From the NCBI GenBank assembly GCA_963706955.1, contig CAVPOC010000008.1, positions 1,044,293 to 1,108,292 of the forward strand: a stretch of DNA of 64,000 nt, read 5' to 3'. The position numbers and the translations under genes are program-made. This document shows positions 34,655-45,317 of the stretch, one piece after another; position 1 is the stretch's first letter, and each line of letters opens with the position of its first letter. The stretch is from an uncultured Verrucomicrobiae bacterium (GTDB lineage Bacteria > Verrucomicrobiota > Verrucomicrobiia > Chthoniobacterales > Terrimicrobiaceae). The notes beneath the pieces are model-generated. The model had not been told where the DNA came from. It worked only from the letters and a program-made list of their open reading frames with translations, and made no database searches.

Positions 34655-35443
34655 TTGGGCTCTGTGACCTTACTCGACTGGCTCGAACGCCATCTCTCTC
34701 GCTTCGCTATTCCGCGGCTCATCCGTTATGTCGTCGCGCTCAACGCGCTTGTCTTTATCCTACTAACCCTCGATCCAAAGTATGTCTCAGCGTTGGTCCT
34801 CGACCGCGACGCGATTCTTCAAGGTCAGGTTTGGAGACTCGTCAGCTGGATCTTCATTCCCGATACGCTTAGCCCCCTTTGGGTAATCTTTTACCTTATG
34901 GTTGTCTGGTGGACAGGCGAGCTGCTTGAAAGCACCTGGGGAACATTCCGGCTGAACGCCTACTATTTCCTGGGCATGTTCTTCTGCGTCGCTTCGGCGC
35001 TGATATTTGGCGCTTCCGGCGGCAACATGTTTCTCAATCTCTCCTTATTTCTCGCGGTGGCGACGCTTGCGCCAAACATGGAGATTCTTTTTCTGCTCGT
35101 CATCCCACTTAAACTTAAGTGGGTTGCGCTGATCAGCTTGCTTTGGCCCGCCTACATCCTCGTGACGGGTTCGCTGCCCGTGAAGATGATAGTTATCATG
35201 TGCCTTGGCAATTACCTGATCTTTTTCGCGCCATCGTTGATCAAACGGTCGCGGGAAAATCGTCAGACCGTGCAGCGCCGCGCCCGATTCGACGCGGCCA
35301 AGGACTCCTCGCCAACTTTGCATCGCTGCGAAGCGTGCGGAATCACCGAGGCAACCGATCCGCATGCCGACTTTCGTGTGGCCAGCGATGGCAAAGAATA
35401 TTGCACGCGTCATCTACCTAACGAAACCATCAAAGTCGGGTAG
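34655..35443 (+). CDS. Rhomboid-like membrane protein with C-terminal Cys motif
   Basis: GQVWRLVSWIF, LESTWGTFR and HRCEACG...YC. Confidence 0.7.
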   Translation: MGSVTLLDWLERHLSRFAIPRLIRYVVALNALVFILLTLDPKYVSALVLDRDAILQGQVWRLVSWIFIPDTLSPLWVIFYLMVVWWTGELLESTWGTFRLNAYYFLGMFFCVASALIFGASGGNMFLNLSLFLAVATLAPNMEILFLLVIPLKLKWVALISLLWPAYILVTGSLPVKMIVIMCLGNYLIFFAPSLIKRSRENRQTVQRRARFDAAKDSSPTLHRCEACGITEATDPHADFRVASDGKEYCTRHLPNETIKVG

Positions 35444-35450
35444 CGCCTCC

Positions 35451-36278
35451 CTATCTGGATACAGAAGCTTTGGTTTGAGCAATGACCTCCTCCGGCGAGT
35501 AGCCTTGCGCTCGCAAGGATCGCAAGCTTAGGGCGGCGTTACGTTTGGCTAGCCGGCGTCCATCCTTGTCGAGCAGAAGGGGACAATGAAAGAAGGCGGG
35601 CGGTTGAGCGTTGAGCGCTCGATAGACCAGGATCTGCCGCGCTGTCGAGGTGAGAAGGTCCGCTCCGCGGACAACTTCGGTGACACCCATCGCCAGATCA
35701 TCGACGACCACGGCAAGCTCGTAGGCGGGTATGTCATCTCGATTCCAGACAAGAAAATCGCCGAAGTCGCGCGAGGCTGTCCGGGTGATTGCCCCGCAGT
35801 GACCGTCCTGAAACGTGATCAATGCTCCATCCGGCACACGAAATCGCCAGTTGGTGCCCTTTGGTTCCAGGCAATCTAAGCCCTCTTCGGCGGGGATTCG
35901 CCATTCAATCGGAAAGATAGGATCTTCCTCGTGCGGAGCGAGAGCTGCTCGCGCCACATCGCTTCGTGAGCGGATGCACGGATAGATGTGACCAGCGTCG
36001 CGCAGCTTGCGCCAGGCGTTCAGATACAGCTCGCGTCTTCGGCTTTGATAAGCTGGCCCCTCGTGCCATTCGATTCCAAGCCACTTGAGGTCCGCCATGG
36101 CGGCCTCGGCATAGTTGGGCCTGCAGCGCTGCGGATCGAGATCGTCAATTCGCAAGATCGTGACGCCTTTGAATTGGTTCGCACGCTCGTGAGCCTTCCA
36201 AAAGGTGGCAGCGTGTCCGAGATGAAGGTAGCCGGTCGGCGTCGGTGCAATCCGGCCGCGATAACGAGACCTCACCAT
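35451..36278 (-). CDS. gluQ: tRNA glutamyl-Q(34) synthetase
   Basis: APTPTGYLHLGH, AVVVDD, VVRGADL, RLAKR; no anticodon-binding domain. Confidence 0.88.
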   Translation of the reverse strand: MVRSRYRGRIAPTPTGYLHLGHAATFWKAHERANQFKGVTILRIDDLDPQRCRPNYAEAAMADLKWLGIEWHEGPAYQSRRRELYLNAWRKLRDAGHIYPCIRSRSDVARAALAPHEEDPIFPIEWRIPAEEGLDCLEPKGTNWRFRVPDGALITFQDGHCGAITRTASRDFGDFLVWNRDDIPAYELAVVVDDLAMGVTEVVRGADLLTSTARQILVYRALNAQPPAFFHCPLLLDKDGRRLAKRNAALSLRSLRAQGYSPEEVIAQTKASVSR

Positions 36279-36326
36279 GGGAGAACTGTCAGAAGGAGAG
36301 GCCGTTGCTCGAAGCACGCCGAAGGT

Positions 36327-39300
36327 CTAATCAACCCGCTCGAGGATCACAGCGCCATAGTCCGGAATGTACAAGGCGTTAGAGCGTCCCAACCTGGCGT
36401 CACGGCCGCCATTGGAGTGCTCGCCCTCATTTTCGGCGGAGATCGCAAACGCCGGCCATGTCGAGTTCCAGAGCTCGCGGTAAATCCCCTCGTACAGGTT
36501 GAGGTAGCTAAGGTTGTGAAATCCTGCCCAGCCGCCAAAGTTGAACACGGCGAAGTAGTCGCCGCGTTGACCTCGTGAAATGGCCAAAAGTTGACCGTCC
36601 GCAAATCGAACATCAATCGGCGCAGGACCCTTGATCGCTGGGCGAGTCCGTCGCAGGTCGCAAAGGACGTTCCACCAGGCGCGAATCCGGCCGCGGTCCG
36701 CATCCGCCAAATAGCCGTCGAGGTCAAGTGTCGCGGACGAGCCGAATTCGAATTGCTTGTCTTCACCCGCTTCAGCACCCATGAAGGCCATCGGAATGCC
36801 TCGCGAAAGCAGTGTGCCAGCAGCCGCCACTTTCGCCATCCGAAAGCCCTGCCCCAAACCAGCAACGTAGGCGATTCGATCGCGGACGTTTCCCACCTCA
36901 TCGTGGCTTTCCGCGTAGTTCGTGACGTTGTACCATTCCTGGCACTCGGTCTGGCTCAGCTTGAAGGCCTCAGCCAGTCGCGACATGCCAAGCTGTCTTC
37001 GACAAGCGTCAACCATCCGGTCATGAAAATCGTCGCACCATTGCGTATCCATCGGGCCGCCGAAATTTGTTAGTGACCATTCGTTAGGAAGGTGTTCGGC
37101 CATGAGAATGCAACGTGAATCGACCTCTTCACGCAGAGCCCAACGGATAGCATGAAGAAAGTCCCAGCCGCCACCCGAGCCTAACTCGCGCACGAAACCG
37201 CTCCATGGATCCCAAGCGCCCGAGTGGACGATCGTGGCGGTATGGTCGAGACGGAAACCATCGAGATGGTATTCGCGGGCAAGATAAACAAGGTTTTGCG
37301 CAAAAAAATGCCGGCATTGCGGTTGATCGAAATTGATCATCGCGCCCCATTGAGTGTCGCCATCGAAAAAGCTGTCCTTGGCGATCGACCAAAGAATGTT
37401 GTCCGTTGAGCCCGCGTGATTGAAAACAACATCCACGAGCACGGCCAGTCCATTGCGATGACATGTGTCCACCAATTCTTTGAGAGCTTCGGGACCACCA
37501 TAGCTGTTTTCGATGGCGTAGAAGTAGGCTGGATCGTATCCCCAGGAGTTCTCAGTGCCCACTTCGTTGAGTGGCATCACCAGGATGGCGGTGACGCCGA
37601 GTTCGCGAAGGTAACCGCCCTCGCGATCAATTTCGCGCGCAACGCGTCTTAAGGGAAGCTCTTCGGAGAAGCGATTCGAAAACCTTCTGACATGAATCTG
37701 GTAAACATTCAAGTGCTCCCAACCTGGACGGCGCCAACTTGCATCTTGCCAGGCGAATTTATCTGACTGAACCAGTTTGGACACGTCCTGGTTCCACGAA
37801 GTCTTTACCCAACCGGCCGCCGGATCTTGCAGCTTTTCGGAGTCATTGAGCAGGAGTTGGTATTCGACACCGTGATAATCGGTGCGCCCGAGTTTCCCTT
37901 GGATATCATTGATGGGAACACGTGCCCACCAATAGGCGCCGTCGAGCGTCGAGCGCATCTCTAAGGCGTTCTGCTCCCAGTTGCTCCATGGGCCAATCAC
38001 GCGCAGACGAGCAGCTCCGGGCGCGTGCACGGCGAAGTGAATGTGACCATCTTCAGAATACGCTCCCGGACGCCGGATGTTGAATGGCGGATTTTGGAAA
38101 ATCTCGGGCGGCGGCTTGAACTCAAGCACGGGGGAACGTTCCATGACGATGTAACGCTCTATGGTTCCAGGATTTTCGGGCCCTTTGACCGAGTGACGCT
38201 CAATCGCCTCCCATCTTCCCTGCTCATCTCGGAACTTGAGCGAAGTGACAACACGCGGATAGGTGAAAACCGTGATCCGACCATCTTCTCCGACCTCTTG
38301 GGACTGGACGATCGCGGCCCGTGCCCGATTGACCCAAACGTGAACAAACAGCTTCCCGCGCAGAGCACGGCGGGGAGGGCGCGCGACGATGGACAAATCA
38401 AGTTGTTGGTTTCGCTGAGGTTCGGCATCGAAAATGGCGGAGTCACCTTCCAGCGTCCAGATCTCGGAGCCTTGCCGAATGTTTACCCTGCGAATGGCCT
38501 CGCGACTCTCCCATTCCGGATTCGCTGCTGGATTGCGGAACTGCAGACCATAACCCAAGCCCGTGTAGAGGGCTGCCTCGTAGGTGGCCCAGCCAGATGC
38601 ATCGAGATTGCCTTCGACATCCGCGCTGAAGTCGGAGTTGTCTTGCCAGTAGCGAAGCTGTGCTCGTTGCGAAAGCTCCTGCCGAAAGTGCACCAAAAGC
38701 TTCTTCTTCTCCGGGACAGCGCTGGCGATTTCGGCGGCATCGCCATGGGTCCAGATTTCCGGTCCGTCTTCCGCAGACCAGAGGCGGTTGGCAAAGTCGG
38801 GCTCGAAGCCAGTAAATTCACCATCCAGGCGCCGAATGAACTTAAAGTGAAGGAAGGACTGTTCGTCGGCCGCAAGATTCAGATCGAAGAACGGGCCGAG
38901 ACTGTCTTCGCCTGCCTGCATGACACGACGTTCCACGGCCCTGACGGGATCCCAGAGAAAAAGCTGGCTTGGACGATAGCGCCTCTCCGAGATCAAACGC
39001 ACCCTGAGAGCAAGCGCCGAGCGCTCCAGTGGATCCGAGATCAAGACGCGCTGGGCATCTTGCGCGAACCAAACTTCCTCTGCAAGTGCTCCCGTTGCGG
39101 TGCGCGGAACCTTGCGCTGATGAGCATCTTTTTCCCAGTCACCAGGCCGGCCGGCTTCATTGAAATCGAACAACATGAAGCAGACATCATTGAGGATCCC
39201 AGGCTCGAGACCGTAATCGAATTCCACCCAGCCGGGCCCTCCTGGTATCGAAGAAGGGCGTAAGTAAAGCTTCGTGGGGGTTCCCTCACGCCAGATGTGC

Positions 39301-39344
39301 AAGCCAGGATTTCTAAAGCGGGTATAAGCGTAAAAACGTGACAT
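36327..39344 (-). CDS. GH13 alpha-glucan enzyme (GlgB/TreZ-like) with long N-terminal extension
   Basis: SWGYDP, DVVFNH, DGFRLD, AEH and ESHDE catalytic motifs. Confidence 0.85.
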   Translation of the reverse strand: MSRFYAYTRFRNPGLHIWREGTPTKLYLRPSSIPGGPGWVEFDYGLEPGILNDVCFMLFDFNEAGRPGDWEKDAHQRKVPRTATGALAEEVWFAQDAQRVLISDPLERSALALRVRLISERRYRPSQLFLWDPVRAVERRVMQAGEDSLGPFFDLNLAADEQSFLHFKFIRRLDGEFTGFEPDFANRLWSAEDGPEIWTHGDAAEIASAVPEKKKLLVHFRQELSQRAQLRYWQDNSDFSADVEGNLDASGWATYEAALYTGLGYGLQFRNPAANPEWESREAIRRVNIRQGSEIWTLEGDSAIFDAEPQRNQQLDLSIVARPPRRALRGKLFVHVWVNRARAAIVQSQEVGEDGRITVFTYPRVVTSLKFRDEQGRWEAIERHSVKGPENPGTIERYIVMERSPVLEFKPPPEIFQNPPFNIRRPGAYSEDGHIHFAVHAPGAARLRVIGPWSNWEQNALEMRSTLDGAYWWARVPINDIQGKLGRTDYHGVEYQLLLNDSEKLQDPAAGWVKTSWNQDVSKLVQSDKFAWQDASWRRPGWEHLNVYQIHVRRFSNRFSEELPLRRVAREIDREGGYLRELGVTAILVMPLNEVGTENSWGYDPAYFYAIENSYGGPEALKELVDTCHRNGLAVLVDVVFNHAGSTDNILWSIAKDSFFDGDTQWGAMINFDQPQCRHFFAQNLVYLAREYHLDGFRLDHTATIVHSGAWDPWSGFVRELGSGGGWDFLHAIRWALREEVDSRCILMAEHLPNEWSLTNFGGPMDTQWCDDFHDRMVDACRRQLGMSRLAEAFKLSQTECQEWYNVTNYAESHDEVGNVRDRIAYVAGLGQGFRMAKVAAAGTLLSRGIPMAFMGAEAGEDKQFEFGSSATLDLDGYLADADRGRIRAWWNVLCDLRRTRPAIKGPAPIDVRFADGQLLAISRGQRGDYFAVFNFGGWAGFHNLSYLNLYEGIYRELWNSTWPAFAISAENEGEHSNGGRDARLGRSNALYIPDYGAVILERVD

Positions 39345-39565
39345 GCCGCAGGCTTAGCTAAGCGGAAGCTGATTTGCTCAATACCTCAGCACCTCGATCT
39401 GTCCCATCAGGACGGAATGAATTCCCATAGATTGCTTCAGCAGCGTCTCGACGGTTAACAAAGGCTTCGTTAGATGCAAGGAAAACTAGCTGCGCGCCAA
39501 AGCTCGGAATCATGGTCAAAATGAGAGAGATCGTCTTCTATGGACCCACGATCAGCTGACCGATA

Positions 39566-41011
39566 ATGGATCCTCTTCGCGGAAAACAAACTCATTTTGA
39601 TGCGGTCGTCGTCGGATCTGGTCCGAACGGCCTCGCAGCTGCCGTGACCCTTGCGCGCGCAAAGCTTTCCGTCCTCGTGCTCGAAGCGAGTGAATCGATT
39701 GGTGGCGGCACCCGGTCCATGGAACTGACATTGCCCGGCTTTATCCATGACGTCTGCTCCGCGGTACATCCGCTCGCGGTCGGCTCGCCATTCTTTCGCA
39801 ATTTGCCGCTTCACGACCATGGACTCGAATGGATCCACCCAGAAATACCGCTGGCACATCCCCTTGGGGGAGGCGGCAGCGTTTCGCTGCGGCGATCATT
39901 GGCCGAAACTGCCAGACTGCTCGAAAACGACGGCCCCGCTTACTCGGCTCTCATGCAACCCTTGGTCGACAACTGGTGGGGATTGGCCCGTGAATTCCTG
40001 CAACCGATGATTCACTTGCCTCGCGATCCCCTCGCCTTCATTCGTTTTGGCCTGCGGGCGATTCAGCCGGCGCAATGGCTGGCCAGGCGTTTTTCCGGTG
40101 ACCCCGCTCGGGCGCTATTCGCGGGCTTGGCCGGGCATTCTTTTCTGCCTTTGAGCGCGCCAGCTTCCGCCGCCTTTGGACTGGTGCTCGGCGCCGCCGG
40201 ACATGCTGTCGGCTGGCCGTTCCCGCGCGGCGGCGCACAGAAGATCGCCGATGCGCTCGCCAGTTATCTCCAGTCGCTGGGAGGCCAGATCGAAATCGCG
40301 AGACCGGTGGCTAGACTTTCCGACCTGCCTGCTTCGCGCGCGCTGCTTCTCGACCTGACGCCCCGAGCTCTGCTCAAATTAGCTGGGAACACGCTGCCGC
40401 TACGATATCGCCACGCGCTGGAGCGTTTCCCGTACGGTTCGGGAATTTTTAAGGTTGATTATGCCTTAAGCGCCCCAATTCCCTGGAGCGCCGAAGAATG
40501 CCGCCGGGCCGGCACCGTGCACGTTGGCGGAACATCCGCTGAGATCGCCGCCGCCGAGGACACGGTTGCACGGAAGCGCTCCCTCGCACCTAAGCCATTT
40601 ATTCTGCTGGCGCAGCCAACGCTAAGTGATCCATCTCGCGCGCCGAGTGGCAAGCATGTGGCCTGGGCTTACTGCCACACTCCCAGCGGTTCTCTCAGTG
40701 ATCTGACTGACCGCATCGAAACTCAAATCGAGCGGTTCGCTCCGGGGTTCCGAGATTGCATTCTGGCGCGGCATACGATGAACAGCGTCGCACTCGAACA
40801 ACACAACCCCAACCTCATCGGCGGAGCCGTCAACGGTGGCTCTCTCGACCTGAAGCACCTGCTCGTCCGGCCTGTCTTGCGTCCGAACCCCTACCGGACG
40901 CCGCTACGCGGTGTCTATCTCTGTTCAGCCTCAACCCCACCGGGTGGCGGAGTCCACGGTATGTGCGGGTATCACGCGGCGCGATGGGCATTAAAGGAGG
41001 TCTTTGGCTAA
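39566..41011 (+). CDS. Phytoene dehydrogenase-like FAD oxidoreductase
   Basis: VGSGPNGL, HDVCSAVHP and STPPGGGVHGMCG. Confidence 0.9.
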   Translation: MDPLRGKQTHFDAVVVGSGPNGLAAAVTLARAKLSVLVLEASESIGGGTRSMELTLPGFIHDVCSAVHPLAVGSPFFRNLPLHDHGLEWIHPEIPLAHPLGGGGSVSLRRSLAETARLLENDGPAYSALMQPLVDNWWGLAREFLQPMIHLPRDPLAFIRFGLRAIQPAQWLARRFSGDPARALFAGLAGHSFLPLSAPASAAFGLVLGAAGHAVGWPFPRGGAQKIADALASYLQSLGGQIEIARPVARLSDLPASRALLLDLTPRALLKLAGNTLPLRYRHALERFPYGSGIFKVDYALSAPIPWSAEECRRAGTVHVGGTSAEIAAAEDTVARKRSLAPKPFILLAQPTLSDPSRAPSGKHVAWAYCHTPSGSLSDLTDRIETQIERFAPGFRDCILARHTMNSVALEQHNPNLIGGAVNGGSLDLKHLLVRPVLRPNPYRTPLRGVYLCSASTPPGGGVHGMCGYHAARWALKEVFG

Positions 41012-41068
41012 TAGCCGGGCGGAGGATGCTCGCGGTTTTCTCGTTCCACTCAAGAACCCACTATCCGC

Positions 41069-42424
41069 GTGACAGGCTCACTGGTAATTCCCTGTTCGGA
41101 GACCCCTAGGATCAACGTGAGCTTCGAGCTTTTGTATCTGCTGATTGGCGTGCTGCTCGTGTCGGTGGCCATACTCGCGTCATCAGTAAAGCGCTTGCCG
41201 CTTTCTGAGGCGATGATCTATCTGGCCGCCGGAACAGCTTTGGGGCCGCTGGGACTTCGCTTTCTGTTTGTTGATCCGGAAGCGCACTCCGAACTGCTCG
41301 AACGCGCCGCGGAAATTGCGGTCATTATCTCGCTCTTCACGACAGGACTGAAGTTACGTGTTCCGCTCCGTGATCCACAATGGTGGGTTCCTCTTTGCCT
41401 GGCTTCCGGTTCCATGGTCTTGACGGTTGGAATGATAACCCTCGTGGCGATCTTTGGACTCGGTTTGCCACTGGGAGCAGCGGTTCTTCTCGGTGCGATT
41501 CTTGCCCCAACCGATCCGGTCCTCGCTTCCGGCGTTCAACTCGAGAACATTCGCGATCGCAACCGACTACGCTTCAGCCTGACCGGTGAAGCGGGCTTGA
41601 ACGACGGGACCGCCTTTCCCCTGATAATGCTCGCTCTCGGGCTGTGCGGCCTTCATGATCTTGGCGCCTGGGGTTGGAAGTGGTGGACGATCGATGTGAT
41701 CTGGGCGATTTTTGCCGGTCTCGGCGTCGGTGCGCTCTGTGGAACCATGATCGGCCAAGGAGTAATTTACCTTCGGCGGGAACATCACGAAGGCATCGGA
41801 AGGGATGAATTGCTCGCACTGGGACTCATTGCACTCTCTTACGGCGCGGCTCTGCAGCTCCATGGATACGGATTTCTCGCCGTCTTTGCCGCAGGCCTGA
41901 CTTTGCGGACAGTCGAACGGAAACATACCGGGAAAGAGCCGCCGCCGGAAGAACTTGCCGTGGAGGCTGCTTTGAAGCCCGATGAAATCGCAACCCATCC
42001 GGACAAAGGCCCGGCGCATATGGCCGGCGCTATCCTTACGATCAACGAGCAAATGGAACGCATCGTTGAAATCGCCATCGTGCTCGTTGTCGCCGCTGCA
42101 CTGTCGCCCCAATATCTCCATTTCGAGGCGACATGGTTCATCGCGATCTTTTTTCTACTCATCCGACCGCTGGCAGTATGGTTCGGGTTGCTCGGACAGA
42201 AGGTCCCCCCATCCGAGCGTCGCCTCATCTCCTGGTTTGGCATCCGGGGAATTGGATCGCTCTACTATCTGATGTTTGTGCTGAATCGAGGGATACCAGA
42301 GGATCTGACATCACAGCTGATCTCTATAACGCTGACCACGATTGCCGTTTCCATCGTGGTGCATGGAATCACGGTGACGCCGCTCATGGATTGGCACCAA
42401 AGCCGACGCAGACGACAAAGTTGA
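41069..42424 (+). CDS. Cation:proton antiporter (CPA1/NhaP-like)
   Basis: [17 protein letters not shown] and WFGIRGIGS. Confidence 0.9.
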   Translation: MTGSLVIPCSETPRINVSFELLYLLIGVLLVSVAILASSVKRLPLSEAMIYLAAGTALGPLGLRFLFVDPEAHSELLERAAEIAVIISLFTTGLKLRVPLRDPQWWVPLCLASGSMVLTVGMITLVAIFGLGLPLGAAVLLGAILAPTDPVLASGVQLENIRDRNRLRFSLTGEAGLNDGTAFPLIMLALGLCGLHDLGAWGWKWWTIDVIWAIFAGLGVGALCGTMIGQGVIYLRREHHEGIGRDELLALGLIALSYGAALQLHGYGFLAVFAAGLTLRTVERKHTGKEPPPEELAVEAALKPDEIATHPDKGPAHMAGAILTINEQMERIVEIAIVLVVAAALSPQYLHFEATWFIAIFFLLIRPLAVWFGLLGQKVPPSERRLISWFGIRGIGSLYYLMFVLNRGIPEDLTSQLISITLTTIAVSIVVHGITVTPLMDWHQSRRRRQS

Positions 42425-42569
42425 GTCCCCGCAGAGCCGACATTTACAACCCCGATATGAGATGTCGTCGATCGTTTACTGGACTCGGCGGACTTTCCCG
42501 ACCTTTGAACAAGGCAATCAGAGATTCTGTTTCGGCATCCATGCCGGCATTGACCTGCGAAACATGGGT

Positions 42570-42755
42570 ATGACAAAACTAGAACTCAAAGGCAGTTGGA
42601 ACGAGATCAAAGGCAAACTAAAACAGAAGTACGGACAACTCACCGACGATGACCTGACCTTTGCCGAGGGTAAAGACGATGAATTACTCGGCCGTTTGCA
42701 ACAACGGCTCGGCAAGACCAAGGAGGACATCCGTCGCGAGCTAGAAGGGCTGTAA
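42570..42755 (+). CDS. CsbD family protein
   Basis: [23 protein letters not shown]. Confidence 0.9.
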   Translation: MTKLELKGSWNEIKGKLKQKYGQLTDDDLTFAEGKDDELLGRLQQRLGKTKEDIRRELEGL

Positions 42756-42850
42756 AACCTCCCCGGCGTTCCCAGCCTCGAGAGCGAAGTTAAGCGGTTG
42801 CCGTTCGCGCGCATTGACGCGCTGACGGAGGCGTTATCTATGTACCTACT

Positions 42851-43738
42851 ATGAAAGACGCTCTCGATCTTTTGAAACAGGCTGCTTGGGATTGGTTCGA
42901 CGATAGCGCTCCGACCCTGGGCGCCGCCGTCGCGTACTACACCGTCTTCTCACTTGCCCCCCTCTTTGTCATCGCCGTATTCATCGCCGGCCTGGTCTTC
43001 GGCCAGGAGGCGGCGCAGGGTCAGATCTTTGTTCAATTGCGTGCGTTGATCGGCGAGACCAGTGCCGCCGCCATGGAAGACGTGGTGGAAAGCGCCAATT
43101 CACAGCCGAAGACCGGCGTGTTTGCCACGATTGTCGGATTTGTTGTTTTGATTGTCGGCGCCTCGGGAGTTTTTGCGCAGATGCAGGCTTCACTCAATGC
43201 CATCTGGCGCGTGGAACCCAAGCCCGGACGCGGTATCTGGGGGCTTCTTCAAGATCGAATCCTCTCTTTTGGCTTTATACTCGTCGTCGGATTTCTCCTT
43301 CTGATCTCCCTGATTCTGACCGCGATCATCGCGTTTATCGGAACATGGTTTGGCGGCTTCCTGCCTGGCGTCGAGACGCTCATCCAGATCCTGAACGCCA
43401 TCCTCTCCTTGGCGATCATCACCTTGCTCTTCGCCATGATTTTCAAGTTTCTGCCCGATGTGAAGATCGCCTGGCGCGATGTCTGGATCGGTGCCCTGAT
43501 CACGGCCGGGCTCTTTACCGCAGGCAAAGAAATTCTCGGGCTCTATCTGGGAAAGAGTGGCGTGGCTTCGTCCTACGGTGCGGCCGGATCCCTGATCGTC
43601 CTGCTCTTATGGGTCTACTACTCGGCGCAGATTGTCTTTTTCGGAGCCGAGTTCACGAAGGCTTATGCAAATAAATTCGGCTCGCGTGTCGTCCCGGCAG
43701 AAAATGCAGTCGCCGTGGCGAAAAGACGGTTGACCTGA
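42851..43738 (+). CDS. YihY/BrkB family membrane protein
   Basis: GAAVAYYTVFSLAP and YGAAGSLIVLLLWVYYS. Confidence 0.9.
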   Translation: MKDALDLLKQAAWDWFDDSAPTLGAAVAYYTVFSLAPLFVIAVFIAGLVFGQEAAQGQIFVQLRALIGETSAAAMEDVVESANSQPKTGVFATIVGFVVLIVGASGVFAQMQASLNAIWRVEPKPGRGIWGLLQDRILSFGFILVVGFLLLISLILTAIIAFIGTWFGGFLPGVETLIQILNAILSLAIITLLFAMIFKFLPDVKIAWRDVWIGALITAGLFTAGKEILGLYLGKSGVASSYGAAGSLIVLLLWVYYSAQIVFFGAEFTKAYANKFGSRVVPAENAVAVAKRRLT

Positions 43739-43788
43739 ATCCACGAGCGTCCTGCCTAAGAAAAAACAGAGCAGCACGCGGCTGCGTT

Positions 43789-44253
43789 CTACGGCTTCAA
43801 GTCAACCGCGGCTCTGTTGCTGCCGTCCATATAAAAGGGCACTGATTCATGCTCGTGAATGATTAGCCATCTTCCTTCGATCTTGCATAGGCCAACTGTT
43901 TCCCGCAGCCAGATATCTGTTCTCTCGCCGCTAACCTTTTGGCCGCTTATTCGGTTAAGGCTGTGACAGAAGGCCACATCGTCGCCAACCCTTATCGTCA
44001 GATCGCGGATCTCGAGGCTGATCGGTCCTCGAAAGGTCTTAAACCACTCTTCCAGATTCTGCTTCAGATCACTCTGTGCTTGCAATGGAGGCGCTAGAAA
44101 AAATCCCACACTTTCCGGCGACGTATGCGATAAAACTGCGTCGGCATCCTTGGCGCAAATCGCGCCTGCCCAAGCCTCAATTACCCGGCGGATTTCGGAT
44201 TCGTTCGTTGCTTCGTTCATAAGCGATTTCAGGTTTTTACGGATCTCGGACAC
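43789..44253 (-). CDS. SnoaL/NTF2-like protein
   Basis: WLRETVG...WLIIHEHESVPF. Confidence 0.8.
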   Translation of the reverse strand: MSEIRKNLKSLMNEATNESEIRRVIEAWAGAICAKDADAVLSHTSPESVGFFLAPPLQAQSDLKQNLEEWFKTFRGPISLEIRDLTIRVGDDVAFCHSLNRISGQKVSGERTDIWLRETVGLCKIEGRWLIIHEHESVPFYMDGSNRAAVDLKP

Positions 44254-44273
44254 GTCGGAAGAGGCTGTAGTTC

Positions 44274-44949
44274 TTAATACTCATCATGACGACGCCACCA
44301 CTCGTAGGGTGGTGTCTGCGGCCATCCGGCTGGTGAATCCTCCCACTGCTCTTGTCGGCCGAGCGGTGTCAGGTCGAGCAGAGCGAAGCTACTGACCAAG
44401 TGCTCAACACCGCGAGCAGTCGTGAAGTAGGTCTGGAAAATAGCATCGCCGTTTCGCAGGAACACGCTGAGTCCAAAGGTTTCGCCTTCTGGAGTTGTGA
44501 GTCCGAAATCGTCATTGAAATCCGTGCCGGCGGAGGAAAACCATGGGATCGCTCCATCCCATCCGCCGTCTGTACGCCTCGAGATTTGCGAGCGGCGCGC
44601 GCGAGACCAGCACAAGGGAAGTGTTGCGAGTGTGCAGGTGCGCAACCGGACCAAGGTGGTCGACCACCATGGAGCAGCCTGGACAACCCGCCGAAGGCCA
44701 GCCGTCAACATCTGGCGCAAACATGAAATGGTAAATAATGAGCTGGCGACGTCCGGCAAAGAGATCAAGCAGACTTGCTTTGACCCTCGGGTCCCTCAAA
44801 GATGTAGTTCTTCTCGATCGGGAACATCGGCAGGCGGCGACGTTCGGCCGTGAGACATCGCGCGCCCGCGTAGCCGCCTTCTCCTTGACCAACAATTGGT
44901 CTCGAGCTCGCTGCCACTCCTCCCGCGAGATGATCGGCGGATGGCTCAT
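44274..44949 (-). CDS. DUF899 thioredoxin-like protein, frameshifted
   Basis: LLVKEK, LIIYHFMF, GCPGCS and LLDLTPLGRQE. Confidence 0.85.
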
Positions 44950-45317
44950 CAGTGATTCGTTTTAGAGTTCTCTTTCGACGACATGGGATCCTTCACGGTT
45001 GTCTTTGTTTTTCTTCTTAGATACTTCGAGGCGGCAAGGGCTGTCCATCCGGTGGTGGTGGCAGCAGCAGCAGTTGCAGCGCGATGGTAGCAAGGCAAAA
45101 CGGACACATGGCTCAAGCTGCTCCTTTCCAACATGTGCAGTTTCGCCGGGTCTACCATCGCCATGAATGACGAGTTCGGAAGCTGTCATGATATGGTCAT
45201 GAAAAAATCGCAAGCCTTCATAGAAGTTTGTGAATTTCAATACTTCGACGAACGAACCGATCGAAAAAGGACGCCTCCAGAAAGTCACGCCGAGACCATG
45301 ACCATCGATCCTGGGGT

